Below are positions 36,013 through 48,535 of a stretch of 64,000 nt of DNA, piece after piece; positions within the stretch are counted from its first letter, which is position 1; each line of letters begins with the position of its first letter. The stretch is from contig CM059432.1 in assembly GCA_030390025.1 (NCBI GenBank), positions 148,740,001-148,804,000 of the forward strand, written 5' to 3'. Made by a program: the position numbers and the translations under genes. Source of the stretch: Squalus acanthias. Lineage: Eukaryota. The notes beneath the pieces were generated by a model. The model was not told the origin of the DNA. It did not search any database and saw nothing but the letters and a program-made list of their open reading frames with translations.

Positions 36013-37439
36013 ACTTAACTTTACTCTGTGGGAAACGTAACTTGATTCTCATTCTAATATTTGGCTACTTGTTAAGTTGTTCAGTAGACTCTGGGTCCCA
36101 TGGTGATACAGTTTGATTCTCAACAATCTAATGTAAATGTTTCCCCCTTTCTCTGCAGGCAGCACTGATCCTACTGGGGTACAGGTTCCAGAGACTCCAG
36201 CAGCCGTCGCTGAGGTAATCATTCATTGTATGGGAATCTAGACTGTTGGTGTGGTCGAGCTGGAGATCATCACTGCTGAAACTTTTTCTCTTCATTTGAC
36301 ATCGACATACGAGCATTTACGGTTGGGGTGGGGGCAGTGGTGGAGGAGGAGGGAGGCCAGTGGGGGGGGGGGGGGGCGCTAGATTTTTTCACTTGTTAAA
36401 AATAAGAGAAGGGTACTGTACGGACAATTTAGGTAAGAGTACTGTTTGAGGTAATCTGTGCTGTCTTATGGTATTGTGCTCTCACTTGGTGCCTGCCATA
36501 AAGATATTCTTGCAAACGATTGTTGGAAATAATATGTCCATCAGGGAGGAGTAGTCTGTTCGAGAAATGAGTCTCCTTTCAGCTGACTGTCTACACGCAT
36601 TTTTAAATTTTCTACTGAGCAGAGGCCAGCCACTCCTCGGCAGGGAGTGTGGGAAATCACCTCTGAGTAGTCTATCACAGGGCCACAAAGGCAGTGACCT
36701 TGGAGCAGCTCATCTCTCTGCCCATACTCATATCTGCAAAATGGTGTATTGTGAAGAGGGGCCAAAATGAAAAGTAAGTCAACATAATGTATTAAACATT
36801 TGACATCTGTATGCATTTCTTGTCAACTCGTTCCCACTATAAATTCCTGTGCCCATTTTTATAATGGAAAACATCTATCTGAACGGGTCATGCTGCAATT
36901 ATATCGTCCGCCTAGTGGAGGCGCTGTAGTGCTACCACTGATGGAAGGGTATCATTGCAGCGTGACAAGTTTACATAGGCAGCTTTCATTATAAATATGG
37001 ACATAGGAATTTAGAATGAAAATATAAAAATAAAAGACAGCATTCATGACTGAATTACGTCTGCATTCCCTGGCCCAATTAGCCACTGCCCTCTAACTCC
37101 ACTTCACCCGAGCACGACAATTGGTGCTGGCTCCCCACATGTAATGCCACGGGAGACTGATTAGTAATTAAACAAAATGAAGGCACAAGGAAGTTCTTGT
37201 TTTCAAAAAAAGGATAATATCTTCATTTGACAAACCCTAGTTCGTTTAATGAAGAAAAATTAGTCAAACAAGCTGTGTGTCATTGTCACCACTGACATGT
37301 AAAGTGGCGTGATACATTTTGATAATGATAATGATGTCATGTAAACAAGGAGAGAAAGCGCTCATCAATATTGTCCTGTGATAAAATTATATTCTGTCAA
37401 TCAATTATTCAACATGCTGGGGGGAAAATCCCTGTAAAT

Positions 37440-37787
37440 GCTGGGAGCTGGGAGAATGTTTCCATTGGCTGGGGAGTCTAGAACCAGGGGCTGCAGCCTC
37501 AGGATAAAGGGTAGGCCATTCAGGACTGAGATGAGAAGAAATTTCTTCACACACAGGGTGGTGAATCTTTGGAATTCTCTATCCCAGAGGGCTGTGGAGG
37601 CTCAGTCATTGGGTATATTCAAAACAGAAGTCGATAGATTTCTGACTAGTAAGGGCATCAAGGGATATGGCGATAGGGCCGGTGAATGGAGTTGAGGCAG
37701 ATGATCAGCCATGATCTCATTGAATGGCGGAGCAGGCTCGAAGAGCCGAATGGCCTACTCCTGCTCCTATTTCTTATGTTCTTATGT
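37440..37787 (+). mobile_element. CR1 (HER1-like) 3' fragment
   Basis: SRTRG..FRTEMRRNFF..RVVNLWNSL; 3' UTR and tail. Confidence 0.93.
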
Positions 37788-38423
37788 AAATACCTTATAT
37801 AAAAAAAGAAAATGTATTTAAATGCTAAAAAATACGCTTGTTAATCCCATTAACTTTTAAATACCCATTCAATTGGCCGATACCTGAGGGCACTTCCGCC
37901 CCAACATTAGAAGATTCAGCGGGTGACAAAAATCAGTTTCATTAATATACTGTATGCATACATAATGAGCCTACCCCTTAATTCAAGTAGGGCATAAAAC
38001 CCCAATGGAACATCACAACTGGCCAGTTTAAGCAGGATCTGGGTGAGAACGACAGCAGCCCAATTTCCTGCACATCTCAATTCGTTGGGCAGTGTGTGTT
38101 GAAGTTCCCATTTCCCTTTGCCTGTACTCAAATGTGAGCAAACAATCTATCTGGAACAGAATCAGCGTTCCCATCCTAACACTGGTCAGAAAATCCTGGA
38201 GTGCTCTCTGATTGACAGCCATGCTGGCCAATCATTAAGGCACTGTCACTGACCAGAACAAACCAATTCAAATCTTCCCAGTCTGGGAATGCACCTGCGG
38301 TATAATTTTATTTATAATAATGGGAGCCTTTGCTGTCTGGTTTTCAATTAATATACCTGCCAGTCAACCAAGCCCAAAAACCAGAGAGTCTGGTCCAAAG
38401 CCACCCAGACAGTCACCCTAGGC

Positions 38424-38602
38424 CAGCGGTTCCCAACTTGTGGTCCGCGAGGGTACTGCAGGTGGTCCGTGAAAAAAAAAATTATGATAATGTAATAGGC
38501 AGCCATAGGCGATGTTAAAAATGTTTTAAACGGCTAGTGGTCCGCAAAAGCTTTTGATGACGATGTAGTGGTCCGCATAAAGGAAGAGGTTGGGAACCGC
38601 TG
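38424..38602. mobile_element. hAT-Charlie-type MITE, 179 bp
   Basis: 14-bp TIR CAGCGGTTCCCAAC / GTTGGGAACCGCTG; 8-bp TSD CCCTAGGC / CCCTAGGT. Confidence 0.92.
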
Positions 38603-38724
38603 CCCTAGGTAGTCAGGTAGAACAGTTCAGCTGCTTTACTCCAGCTGTGTGCAGGTCAAGACAGTTCCTTCAGGCCATCAGGCTCAGCAATCCCTCCTTG
38701 CCAACCCTTCAATGCCACTAATGC

Positions 38725-39183
38725 AAAAGCAAAATACTGCGGATGCTGGAAATCTGAATTAAAAACAAAAAATGCTGGAAATACTCAGCAGGTCAGGCAG
38801 CATCCGTGGAGAGAGAAACAGAGTTAACACTTCAGGTCGATGACCTTTCGTCAGAACTGGAAAAAGTTAGAGATGTAACAGGTTTTAAGCAGGTGTAGGG
38901 GCAGGGAGAGGGGGGAGGGGAGGAAAGAACAAAAGGGAAGGTCTGTGATAGGATGGAAGGCAGGAGAGATTAAGAGACACAAGGGATGATGGCGCAACTT
39001 CCCTATTGTTCTTTCCTCCCCTCCCTCTTCGCCTGCCCCTGCACTTGCCTAAAACCTGTTACATCCCTTCACATTTTCCAGTTCTGACGAAGGGTCATTG
39101 ACCTGAAATGTTGAACTCAGTTTCTCTCTCCACAGATGCTGCCTGACCTGCTGTGTGTTTCCAGCATTTTCTGTTTTTACTTC
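38725..39183. mobile_element. Inverted pair of Penelope pLTRs
   Basis: 38760-38940 is an imperfect reverse complement of 38998-39180. Confidence 0.9.
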
Positions 39184-39525
39184 AACGTCAATGACAGTTT
39201 AACCAAATTAATTAATTTTAACTGGTGGATTTCTTCAATAAGGCAGGATAGACTCCCTATTTAAAGTGGGATCCATTCTGTTAAATAGCTTCAGAAATGG
39301 TTTGGATCTGAAAGGTGAAGTGCATTCCATTGAATTGCCCTGATCATGTTTATCAAGCAGAGGTGGCCAAACTTTCATCTTCACGGGCCACATTCATGGA
39401 GCTGAGGTCCACGTATAAAGTTAAAATCTCTGTTCCCATTGATTTGCATAAATGTCAAGTTGCCAATAACAACAGATCTTGGGTGTACTAATTAAGGATT
39501 TATCCACCAATGAGGCAACAGCACT

Positions 39526-39997
39526 AAACATAACATAAGAAATAGGAGCAGGAATAGGCCACTTGGCCCCTCGAGCCTGCTCCGCCATTCAATAAGATCA
39601 TGGCTGATCTTGGGCTCAAAGCCACTTCCCTGCCCGCTCCCCATAACCCTTCACTCCCTTATCTTGCAAAAATCTGTCTATCTCCACCTTAAATGTATTC
39701 AATGACCCAGCCTCCACAGCTCTCTGGGGCAGAGAATTCCACAGATTTACGACCCTCTGAGAGAAGAAATTCCTCCTCATCTCAATTCTAAAAGGGCGAC
39801 CCTTTATTCTGAAACTGTGCCCCCGAGTTCTAGATTTCCCCACAAGGAGAAACATCCTCTCTGCATCTACCTTGTCGAGCCCCCTCAGTACCTTATATGT
39901 TTCAATAAGATCCCCTCTCATTCTTCTAAATTCCAATGAGTATAGGCCCAGCCTGCTCAACCTTTCTTCATAAGTCAAACCCCTCATCTCAGGAATC
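39526..39997 (-). mobile_element. CR1 (HER1-like) 3' fragment inserted in a hAT-like MITE
   Basis: YEERLSRLGLYSLEFRRMRGDLIE; 3' tail. Confidence 0.93.
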
Positions 39998-40753
39998 GTC
40001 TCTGAACTGTCTTTTCCAAACCTCCAGGCCCAACGAATAAAAATATATCTGCACTTCAGATTGAGTGGCCGAGGCTCAGGATGTGGTGCCACAGGTTGGA
40101 GACAGAGGAGATACCTGTACATGTACTGGTGCTAGTTTAATGCAGTCCAGAGCAGACCATTTGTCTAATATTCCTTCAGCCACATCATCAATGGAGATGG
40201 TTACCATCAATCCACTGTCTTGAGTCAAGATGTCACTGGAGGGGAGCTTCCACACAAAGTGGCTGCACCTAAACTGCCTCAACCCAGCATTTCTAAATTT
40301 TAGCAAAAGATAACTGAGAAACACCAATAAGTATCTGGATATCTCCCTTATAACATCTATGATTATGGGGAATTTTCAGTGCAATGCAGTTCAACTTTTA
40401 GATTGAAACACTGCTCGAGTGCTTGCTCAGAGACAAAATGGTTTCAATCCCATAGATATGAAACAGGTCCATTCAGACACAGGCACACGGAGTTTACAGT
40501 CCCAAAACACTGGAATTTAACTGTCCCATTTTTTTTGAAACCTGGATTGGCCAGTTAAAAACCAACGGTCACCATTCCCTCCCCACAGCCCACATCGAGC
40601 TAAAAGGTCAGGCAAGATATCTGCTCCCACGCCTCTCCGCCATTGGTGATTAAGAACTCTGTGTGTCTGGTGAATTGCCGCACAACATGCCAATTTTTCT
40701 AAATCCAGATTAGTTCGTCTCTCCTTTACCGATAATTACAGCAATGAATTTAC

Positions 40754-40877
40754 CTTGGTAGCAGGGGAGCAGCTCTTTAGTTTTCCGGGATAAATTAGGT
40801 GGGATGATGTAGCAGGCTCCATGGGGCAGGATGTGTTCTGTCTCATAGTGTATATTCTTCCACCGATGTGCACATGC
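40754..40877 (-). CDS. ITGA9: Integrin alpha-9 coding exon (exon 4 equivalent), 124 bp
   Basis: ttattttag|GCATGT...TACCAAG|gtaaat; ACAHRWKNIHYETEHILPHGACYIIPPNLSRKTKELLPCYQ(E) vs human ACAHRWKNIYYEADHILPHGFCYIIPSNL. Confidence 0.97.
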
Positions 40878-41404
40878 CTAAAATAAAATGACATTCAAAA
40901 ATAACTATGCCATCTATATATTGTTAAAAAAAATCTTGCGTAGTGCGGGCACTTCCTGTGCAGAAACCTGTTGTCACAATTTCTGGTCACTCTTCTGTCA
41001 ACAATTACCATTGTAACTTGCTATGTCAACATTTCTCATTCAATTTTGCTATGTCAAATGTCACAGTGTAGTTGGACACTCCGGTCACTAGGTGTCGCTG
41101 TGCCATGAATTGAGAGCCTCACCGCACTCCTTTGGTATCTTGTATAGATATACATATTTTAAAAAGTCAACTAGCCATGAGCAATGACATGAGCAATTTA
41201 ATGGTTTTGGGGGGAAAATAGGATCGATTTTAGAATTAGAGCTCCCAGCATAGAGCTTCGTATTCATATGCAACTTGCTGACTTCCATGCCCAGATTCCC
41301 AGGATGTGCTCCCAGCGCGTACTGAAGCACCAGGAACTTCCTTGAATGTTCTCCAGATCAGCCCCCGTAATTTCGGCAGAAACTCTGTTTACGCTTCTAT
41401 CACG

Positions 41405-43105
41405 TGAGTACAAAAGACAAGGCTGAAGCGTTTGCAATCATCTTCAGCCAGAAGTGCCGAGTGGATGATCCATCTCGGCCTACTTCTGAAGTCTCCACCA
41501 TCACAGAAGCCAGTCTTCAGCCAATTCGATTCACTCCACGTGATATCAAGAAATGGCTGAGTGCACTGGATACAGCAAAGGCTATGGGCCCCGACAACAT
41601 CCCGGCTTGTGCTCCAGAACTAGCTATGCCTCCAGCCAAGCTGTTCCAGTACAGCTACAACACTGGCATCTATCCGACAATGTGGAAAACTGCCCAGGTA
41701 TGTCCTGTCCACAAAAAGCAGGACAAATCCAATCCGGCCAATTACCGCCCCATCAGTCTACTCTCAATCATCAGCAAAGTGATGAAAGGCGTCATCGACA
41801 GTGCTATCAAGCGGCACTTACTCACCAATAACCTGCTCACTAATGCCCAGTTTAGGTTCCGCCAAGACCACTCGGCTCCCGACCTCATTACAGCCTTGGT
41901 CCAAACATGGACAAAGGAGCTGAATTCCAGAGGTGAGGTGAGAGTGACTGCCCTCGACATCAAGGCAGCATTTGACCGAGTCTGGCATCAAGGAGCCCTA
42001 GTAAAATTGAAGTCAATGGGAATCGGGGAAAACACTCCACTGGCTGGAGTCATACCTAGCACAAAGGAAGATGGTTGTGGTGGTTGAAGGTCAATCATCA
42101 CAGCCCCAGGACATCACTGCAGGAGTTCCTCAGGGCAGTGTCCTAGGCCCAACCATCTTCAGCTGCTTCATCAATGACCTTCCTTCCATCATAAGGTCAG
42201 AAATGGGGATGTTCGCTGATGACTGCACAATGTTCAGCACCATTCACAACTCCTCAGATAATGAAGCAGTCCATGCCCGCATGCAACAAGACCTGGACAA
42301 CATTCAGGCTTGGGCCGATAAGTGGCAGGTAACATTCGCGCCAGGCAATGACGATCTCCAACAAGCGAGAGTCTAACCACCTCCCCTTGACATTCAACGG
42401 CATTACCATCGCCGAATCCCCCACCATCAACATCCTGGGGGTCACCATTGACCAGAAACTTAACTGGACCAGCCACATAAATAGTGTGGCAACAAGAGCA
42501 GGTCAGAGGCCAGGTATTCTGCAGCGAGTGTCTCACCTCCTGACTCCCCAAAGCCTTTCCACCATCTACAAGGCACAAGTCAGGAGTGTGATGGAATACT
42601 CTCCACTTGCCTGGATGAGTGCAGCTCCAACAACACTCAAGAAGCTCAACACCATCCAGGACAAAGCAGCCCGCTTGATTGGCACCCCATCCACCACCTT
42701 AAACATTCACTTCCTCCACCACCGGCGCACCGTGTCTGCAGTGTGTGCCATCTACAAGATGCACTGCAGCAACTCGCCAAGGCTTCTTCGGCAGCACCTC
42801 CCAAACCCGCGACCTCTTCCACCTAGAAGGACAAGGGCAGCAGGTGCATGGGAACACCGCCACCTCCAAGTTCCCCTCAAAGACACACACCATCCTGACT
42901 TAGAAGTATATCGCCGATCCTTCATCATCGCTGGGTCAAAATCCTGGAACTCCCTCCCTAACAGCACTGTGGGAGTACCTTCACCACACGGACTGCAGCG
43001 GCTCAAGAAGACGGCTCACCACCACCTTCTCAAGGGCAATTAGGGTTTGGCAATAAATGCTGGCCTTGCCAGTGATGCGCACATCCCGTGAATGAATAAA
43101 ATAAA
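41405..43105 (+). mobile_element. Second CR1-group LINE family, 5'-truncated and frameshifted
   Basis: NYRPISLLS, LDIKAAFDRVWH, GVPQGSVLGP and FADD motifs; 3' end gaatgaataaaa. Confidence 0.95.
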
Positions 43106-43109
43106 AGTG

Positions 43110-43405
43110 CACTACTGAGCGAGTGCTGAACTGTCAGCAATGTGGTCATTGGGATTAGATGTTAAACTGAGGTCCCATCTGCCGTGTCAGGTGGATGAAA
43201 GAGATCCTGTCGTACTGTGAAGAGCAGCGGAGTTCTCACTGTCCTGACTAACACTTGGACGCCAACCAACACCACTACAAAACAGATCATCTGGTCATTT
43301 ATCTTATTGCTGTTTGTGAGATGTTGCTGGCACAGAACAACTGGTGCTTGTGCCTGTACAAGAAGAGTTACTGCACTTTAAAAGTAATTCACTGTACGAT
43401 TGTTT
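43110..43405 (+). mobile_element. Degenerate DeuSINE (SacSINE1-like)
   Basis: Aligns with 63445-63740. Confidence 0.7.
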
Positions 43406-43443
43406 TGAGATATTTTGCCCCAATAAGGCACTTTTTAAATATT

Positions 43444-44210
43444 GGGCCAGAAATTCGGGTCTCCACGGGTGAGTACGCGCTGTGTACTCACCCGTAGACC
43501 CAACGAAAGTGCCGGTTTCTTGCATGCACTGCGCATGCGCTGGAAACCGGAACTTCCGTTCCCCTGAAGGGAGGGGTTCAGAGGTCGAACGCGTGCGCGG
43601 GAGAGGCAGCGCGCACGCAGCGAACTTCGATTTTTTTTTTCAGGTTTCTCCGTGAGGGTAAGTACAGAGAATCTGCGCAGGAAAAAAGGAGGCGCAAGGC
43701 CTGCTTTTAACAAGGTAAGTGGTGATATAAGTACAATTTAAACATTTTTTCAAACAGGTTTATCTTTTTTACATACTTTAAAGAAAGTTAAGTTTATTTT
43801 TAGCACCGTTAAAAAGTGTAATTAATTTTTTCAAAAATTAAAATTTTTGTTTAAAGTAGTTAATTTATATAATTTATAGTTATTTTAAAAATGTGATTTT
43901 TTTTAAAAAAATTATTTGAAGTTTTAGTGAGGTTTTGGGGGCTGATCTCTATTCATAGATTTGACAGGTCTTCCTGTCAAAATCTATGAATGAAGATTCC
44001 CTGCTCCGATTGGCTCTCCATGGCCCACGTGATCCCAGGGGATGCTTCGAACGAACTGCGCCCGAGATACGCAAGCACTGCGCGCCGGCAGCTGCAGGAG
44101 GCCCAGGAGCCGAATTCCACGCGGGCCAGAAGCACAACGGCAGGCGCGGTAGGTGGGTACGCGCGCGATGCTTGCACCCGCGGGAAGCCGGAGAGCCGAA
44201 TTTCTGGCCC
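43444..44210. mobile_element. MITE family A, second copy (reverse orientation), ATT target duplication
   Basis: att|gggccagaaattcgg ... ccgaatttctggccc|att. Confidence 0.92.
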
Positions 44211-44574
44211 ATTATTGTATCAGGAATCCAACTTCATTCAGCCTATTTCCATTTGCCTCCTGTCTGTTGGCCTGATATGATTTTTCCTGTAAAGATATTA
44301 CAAGAAGGGAAAGTAATGCCATTGCCTCCAGCTGCAAATAAGAGGCAATGTCAGAAAGCAGATTTCTGCACAACAGTGTAACGCATGATTCACAACACAG
44401 CAGAGGACTGCGTCGGCGAGAAAACGATCGAAATCAAGCACCGCTTCAAAGTGGGGTTCAAGTGTCCTTTACAGATCCTTCCACTGCACACAGCTGAAAC
44501 ATACAAGCATCAAGTTCGAGCGCTTGAACCTTTCTGACACGAGTATGAATAATACAGGCACTGCCAGTCAAATC

Positions 44575-44757
44575 GAGTGAGATGGCACAATTTGAATGAA
44601 ATCAAAAGAGAACTGGGTAAATACTTGAAAAGAAAAAGTTTGCAAGGCTTTGGGGAAAGATCGGGTGAATCGGACTAATTGGAGAGCTCTTTCAAGGAGC
44701 CAGCAGAGGGACGATGGGCCAAACGGCCTCCTTCTGTGCAGCAAGATTCTATAATTC
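44575..44757 (+). mobile_element. CR1 3' tail fragment
   Basis: Homologous to 29880-30040. Confidence 0.75.
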
Positions 44758-46278
44758 AAAGAAAATCTCTTACACCAGAAATTGTGTGAACAGTGAACAC
44801 TTGTCATTGGCATTGTTTGAGCAACCAACCTGAAATATGATCATATTCTTGCAGAAAAAGCTGTCACCAGATCACAAAATAATTCTGGGTGAGGAAATGC
44901 TTTTCCCTCTACTAGAAGTCAATTGCAGGTGTTGTTCACACTTTGGCCCCAACATTCCTCTCAGTTCCCAGGCACCACAGAGAAGAAAAAGGGGGTGGCG
45001 ATCCATTACATCAGGTTTCCATCCCTTTTATATTGCTCGAGGATTTCCAGGGCTTCCCCAGATAGGCAGACCTGGGCCTACACCTACCCACAGGTGCAGG
45101 GGTGCAGGGCAGCCATGGATGAGGCAGGCAGGGACTTTCCCAGTCCTCCGGTCTCAGTTTCCTCTCAGAGCGATGGAAGGGGACCCATTTTCAGGAAGCT
45201 GGTATTAGGCCTGATGTCTGAGGGGGGGGGGGGGTTGCTAGGCAGCAAGGCAAGGGAAGCCCGAGAAGGCCTTTTGTTGCTGCCTCGCCACAGATCTCAA
45301 ACAATAACCAGAAGGCCTCGAGGGCAGCAGCCAGTCCAACCTCATATCTGCAGCGGCACCTATATGCCTGCTTCTGTTTTCCACTGCAAGGCCTTGCCCA
45401 GGGGTGGGACTGGGCCAAGGGTGCACCGAGGTCATGCAAATGGCCCAGCCCACCAATTTGGGCATCTAAACTCTAATGGGCACAGCGAAATTCGAGATAA
45501 ATTAGGACCTTGTGTGAAGAGCTAAAACATCAATCTTAAATGTGCCTTATTGTAGCTTTAATCTGTATTTCCTTGTCCTGCTCTCACAATTTAATTTAAA
45601 GTAATATTCCAGATTTCACATAATTTACTATCTTATATTTCTATAAGGTCACCTCCCAGTTGCGTCCTTTCGAAGCTAAATAGCCGAAGTTTCTTCAGTA
45701 TTTCTCATGCCTCAGACCTCTGACACGAGGGATCAGCCTCTTGACTTCCTTTTTGAACCGTCTCCAGCACTGGAAATGTCTCCAACTCCCAGCTGGAAAG
45801 CTGCAGCGGCTTCCACGAGCCCCGCTCGCTTTGATCATCTGCTTTTCAGCCCACTGGGGCTTGCTGCCAGTAATCTGACCTGTCATCAGACATGTGATCG
45901 CTCACTAGATCTCCTTATCCTAAAGGTGAGGTGCTGAGAGAGTAAAGGCAGCCCCTATGGTGAAGATAGAGAGATAGCAACGGAGAGACAGAGAGAGCAC
46001 ACACATGGCTTGTCAAAATGCTCACCCAGTGAGAACGTAGCTGAGCATAACAGCACTCATATCAGCTTCGCTTAGGAACAAGATCAATGCTGAATGACTA
46101 AATATAGATATAACACTTCTGATGTACTGAGAGACCAACAAATCAGATAAGAGTCATAAACCACAAGTGCAACTCTAACAGCTAAGAACATCATTTCTTT
46201 CCTGAGTTACCGTCTTCAAACAGCTTCCTCTGCACACTGTTCTTTTTAACAGAATTTCTGAATAACTCAGAAAAAAGT

Positions 46279-46477
46279 CATGATGCGGAGATGCCGGTGT
46301 TGGACTGGGGTGGACAAAAGTGAGAAGTCGCACAACACCAGGTTATAGTCCAACAGCTTTATTTGAAATCACAAGCTTTCGGAGCGCTGCTCCTTCGTCA
46401 GGTGAAGTCAGCGCTCCGAAAGCTTGTGATTTCAAATAAAGCTGTTGGACTATAACCTGGTGTTGTGCGACTTCTCA
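46279..46477. mobile_element. Second-family Penelope-type pLTR foldback: perfect 69-bp inverted repeat with 13-bp direct repeats
   Basis: Arms 46321-46389 and 46409-46477; CTCAGAAAAAAGT at 46266-46278 and 46474-46486. Confidence 0.85.
46369..46405 (-). ncRNA. Minimal type-I hammerhead ribozyme motif (family 2)
   Basis: TCAC-CTGACGA-A-GGAGC-AGC-GCTCC-GAAA-GC-TT-GTGA. Confidence 0.78.
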
Positions 46478-47272
46478 GAAAAAAGTGGGGAACAGGAGGG
46501 TGCAAGGAAGTAGGTGGCGGGAACTGTGTGGAGAATTCCAGAGGGCAGGAATGTCACAGCCGCCAATAGCGAGAGTGAAGTGTGAAATGAAAGAGTGAAA
46601 ACTTACAGGTAGCATTCAGAGCTCAAAAGCCTGCCTGCCATTTTGTTTTACTGAAAAGAGCAGCAAAGGCCCTGAAACGAGCTTCCTTCTTGTTACACCT
46701 GTGCTTACAAGTAAATGATTGAAATGGGTTTTAAAGATGATTGACTTATTTCATGTTCAATAATCGTTGACAGCAAACTAAGGGAAGACAGCTGAATGGT
46801 ATCCCCACTGCTTCAAGTGTCTGTCGGTCCAGCCTTTAATCAGGGGCAATTCTCTTCCTGTCGGCCACCCTGATATTAAGAAGTAAAATGCAGGCGCGTT
46901 CTCTGTGGAAATTCAGGTCATATTGCTGACAACATAGGGGGCAATTTTGCAAGGCCAGATACAAAGCTGCACGAGACGGGAGGGAGCGTGGGTTGAAGGC
47001 AGGATAATGACACAAAAGAGCCAATTCGACAGCCCATGTAGCGAGGCTCCACACCTGGAGTCCTGTCTCACAAAGTTACCCATGTCATTAATGCTAAGTA
47101 TCATCAATCGAAAAGGCTCTCTTCATACTTCACTCAATGAATCTGAAATATCTAACCTAGGTCTGTATGAGGTGCTAAGTTCTGATATCTTGATAACGCA
47201 GTAACACAGCCCCAATCATCTGGCAGTGTTGAATTTACAGGTTTTCCTAGATTGTGTACCTATAGCACACAG

Positions 47273-47954
47273 CGGGGCAAAAATGGGTCGCACTAACTTC
47301 GCCGGGGCCGCTACTTTTAGCGCCCCGAAAAAATTAGCACCCCCACGGCCGAAATTCACCGGTAGCGCCCCAAGAGGGAGGCGGGGTGCTACTGGAAGCG
47401 TCCCACCTCCCTCTTGGGGCGCTGCGAGCGAATATCGCGGCGCTACGTGCTGCAGTACTTCCTCCCCTTGTTAAAGGGGAGGGGCCTTGTGCAGAGCGAC
47501 CCGGGGCCCAGCTGGGCCACCAGGGATCGGAGAGCCGGCAAAAGAGCCCGGCACTCGAGAGAAGTGCCGGGCTCACGGAGCGCAGCCGGCACTCCGCGGG
47601 GGGGGCTTCAGAGGAGGCCGGGGACAGCAGAGGGGGCAGGTGCTGGCAGGCGGCCAGCAACAAAAATGGCCGCCCGGCACCTCGCCTTTAATTAGCGCCG
47701 CCCCGGCCGCAGGTAGGCCACGTTGATCCCGTCGGACATAGCGTCCGGCGGTAAGTCAGGGGACGCTACTGAAGATCGCGGCCAGGGTGCTGCGCACGGC
47801 GATGACGTCATCGCCGGGGGCACAGCGCCGTGGGGCACTAACGGTTACCACCGCCACTAACCTCCCGCTGAATTTCGCAGGAGGCGTGGGCGGCGCCGCG
47901 CCCAGGCGCTAGTTGCTTTGCGCCCCGTTAGCACCCTAAGAGGTGCAAAGCAAC
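47273..47954. mobile_element. GC-rich MITE family E, lacking its right terminus
   Basis: Reverse-complement homologue of 49293-49985. Confidence 0.85.
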
Positions 47955-48062
47955 TACTGTTACTACTCCAACTATTACTATTAATACTACAACTACAATA
48001 TTACTACTATGAGTATTACTCCCATTACAGCTACTAGTTTTACTTCTATAACAACCACCATT

Positions 48063-48535
48063 GGCCCGGGTTTTGCGGTCAGCAGCAAAGTGACGGCGCT
48101 CACCGCTGACCTCGAAGAAAGCTGCCCACGAAGATCTGCCGATCTGTGGCGTCGATTTCACCTCTCCCCACGTTAATTTGAATCGGTCGCCAAGTCTAGG
48201 GGGATCTCCGGTGTCCACCATCAGCGATGTTATCAAGCTGGCTAAGTAGCCAATCACATTGAAGAATTCCCACAGACAGCAAACCAGGAAATAAAATGCA
48301 CTGATTTTCCTTCACTTTTTAATCATTTTGCAGAGAGCGAAATAAAGATTGGGACATACACATGGGATTAAGGTAGAAGCTGAAATATAATAAACAAACT
48401 TTAAAAATATTAAAAACCATGGAATTTTTTTTTATCATAATGGAAAAATTTGACATTCCACAAATATAAAATTAGTTTTACAGGGCCAGAATTGTTGTTC
48501 AGTTTCGCCGTCATTACAACCGCAAATTCCGGGCT
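48063..48535. mobile_element. Harbinger-like MITE
   Basis: ggcccgggttttgcgg / ccgcaaattccgggct. Confidence 0.75.

Noticed and set aside
36541..36816. Minus-strand ORF after a tttgcag acceptor as an alternative integrin exon
   Set aside because: No recognisable homology, and exons 4 and 5 already join in frame without it.
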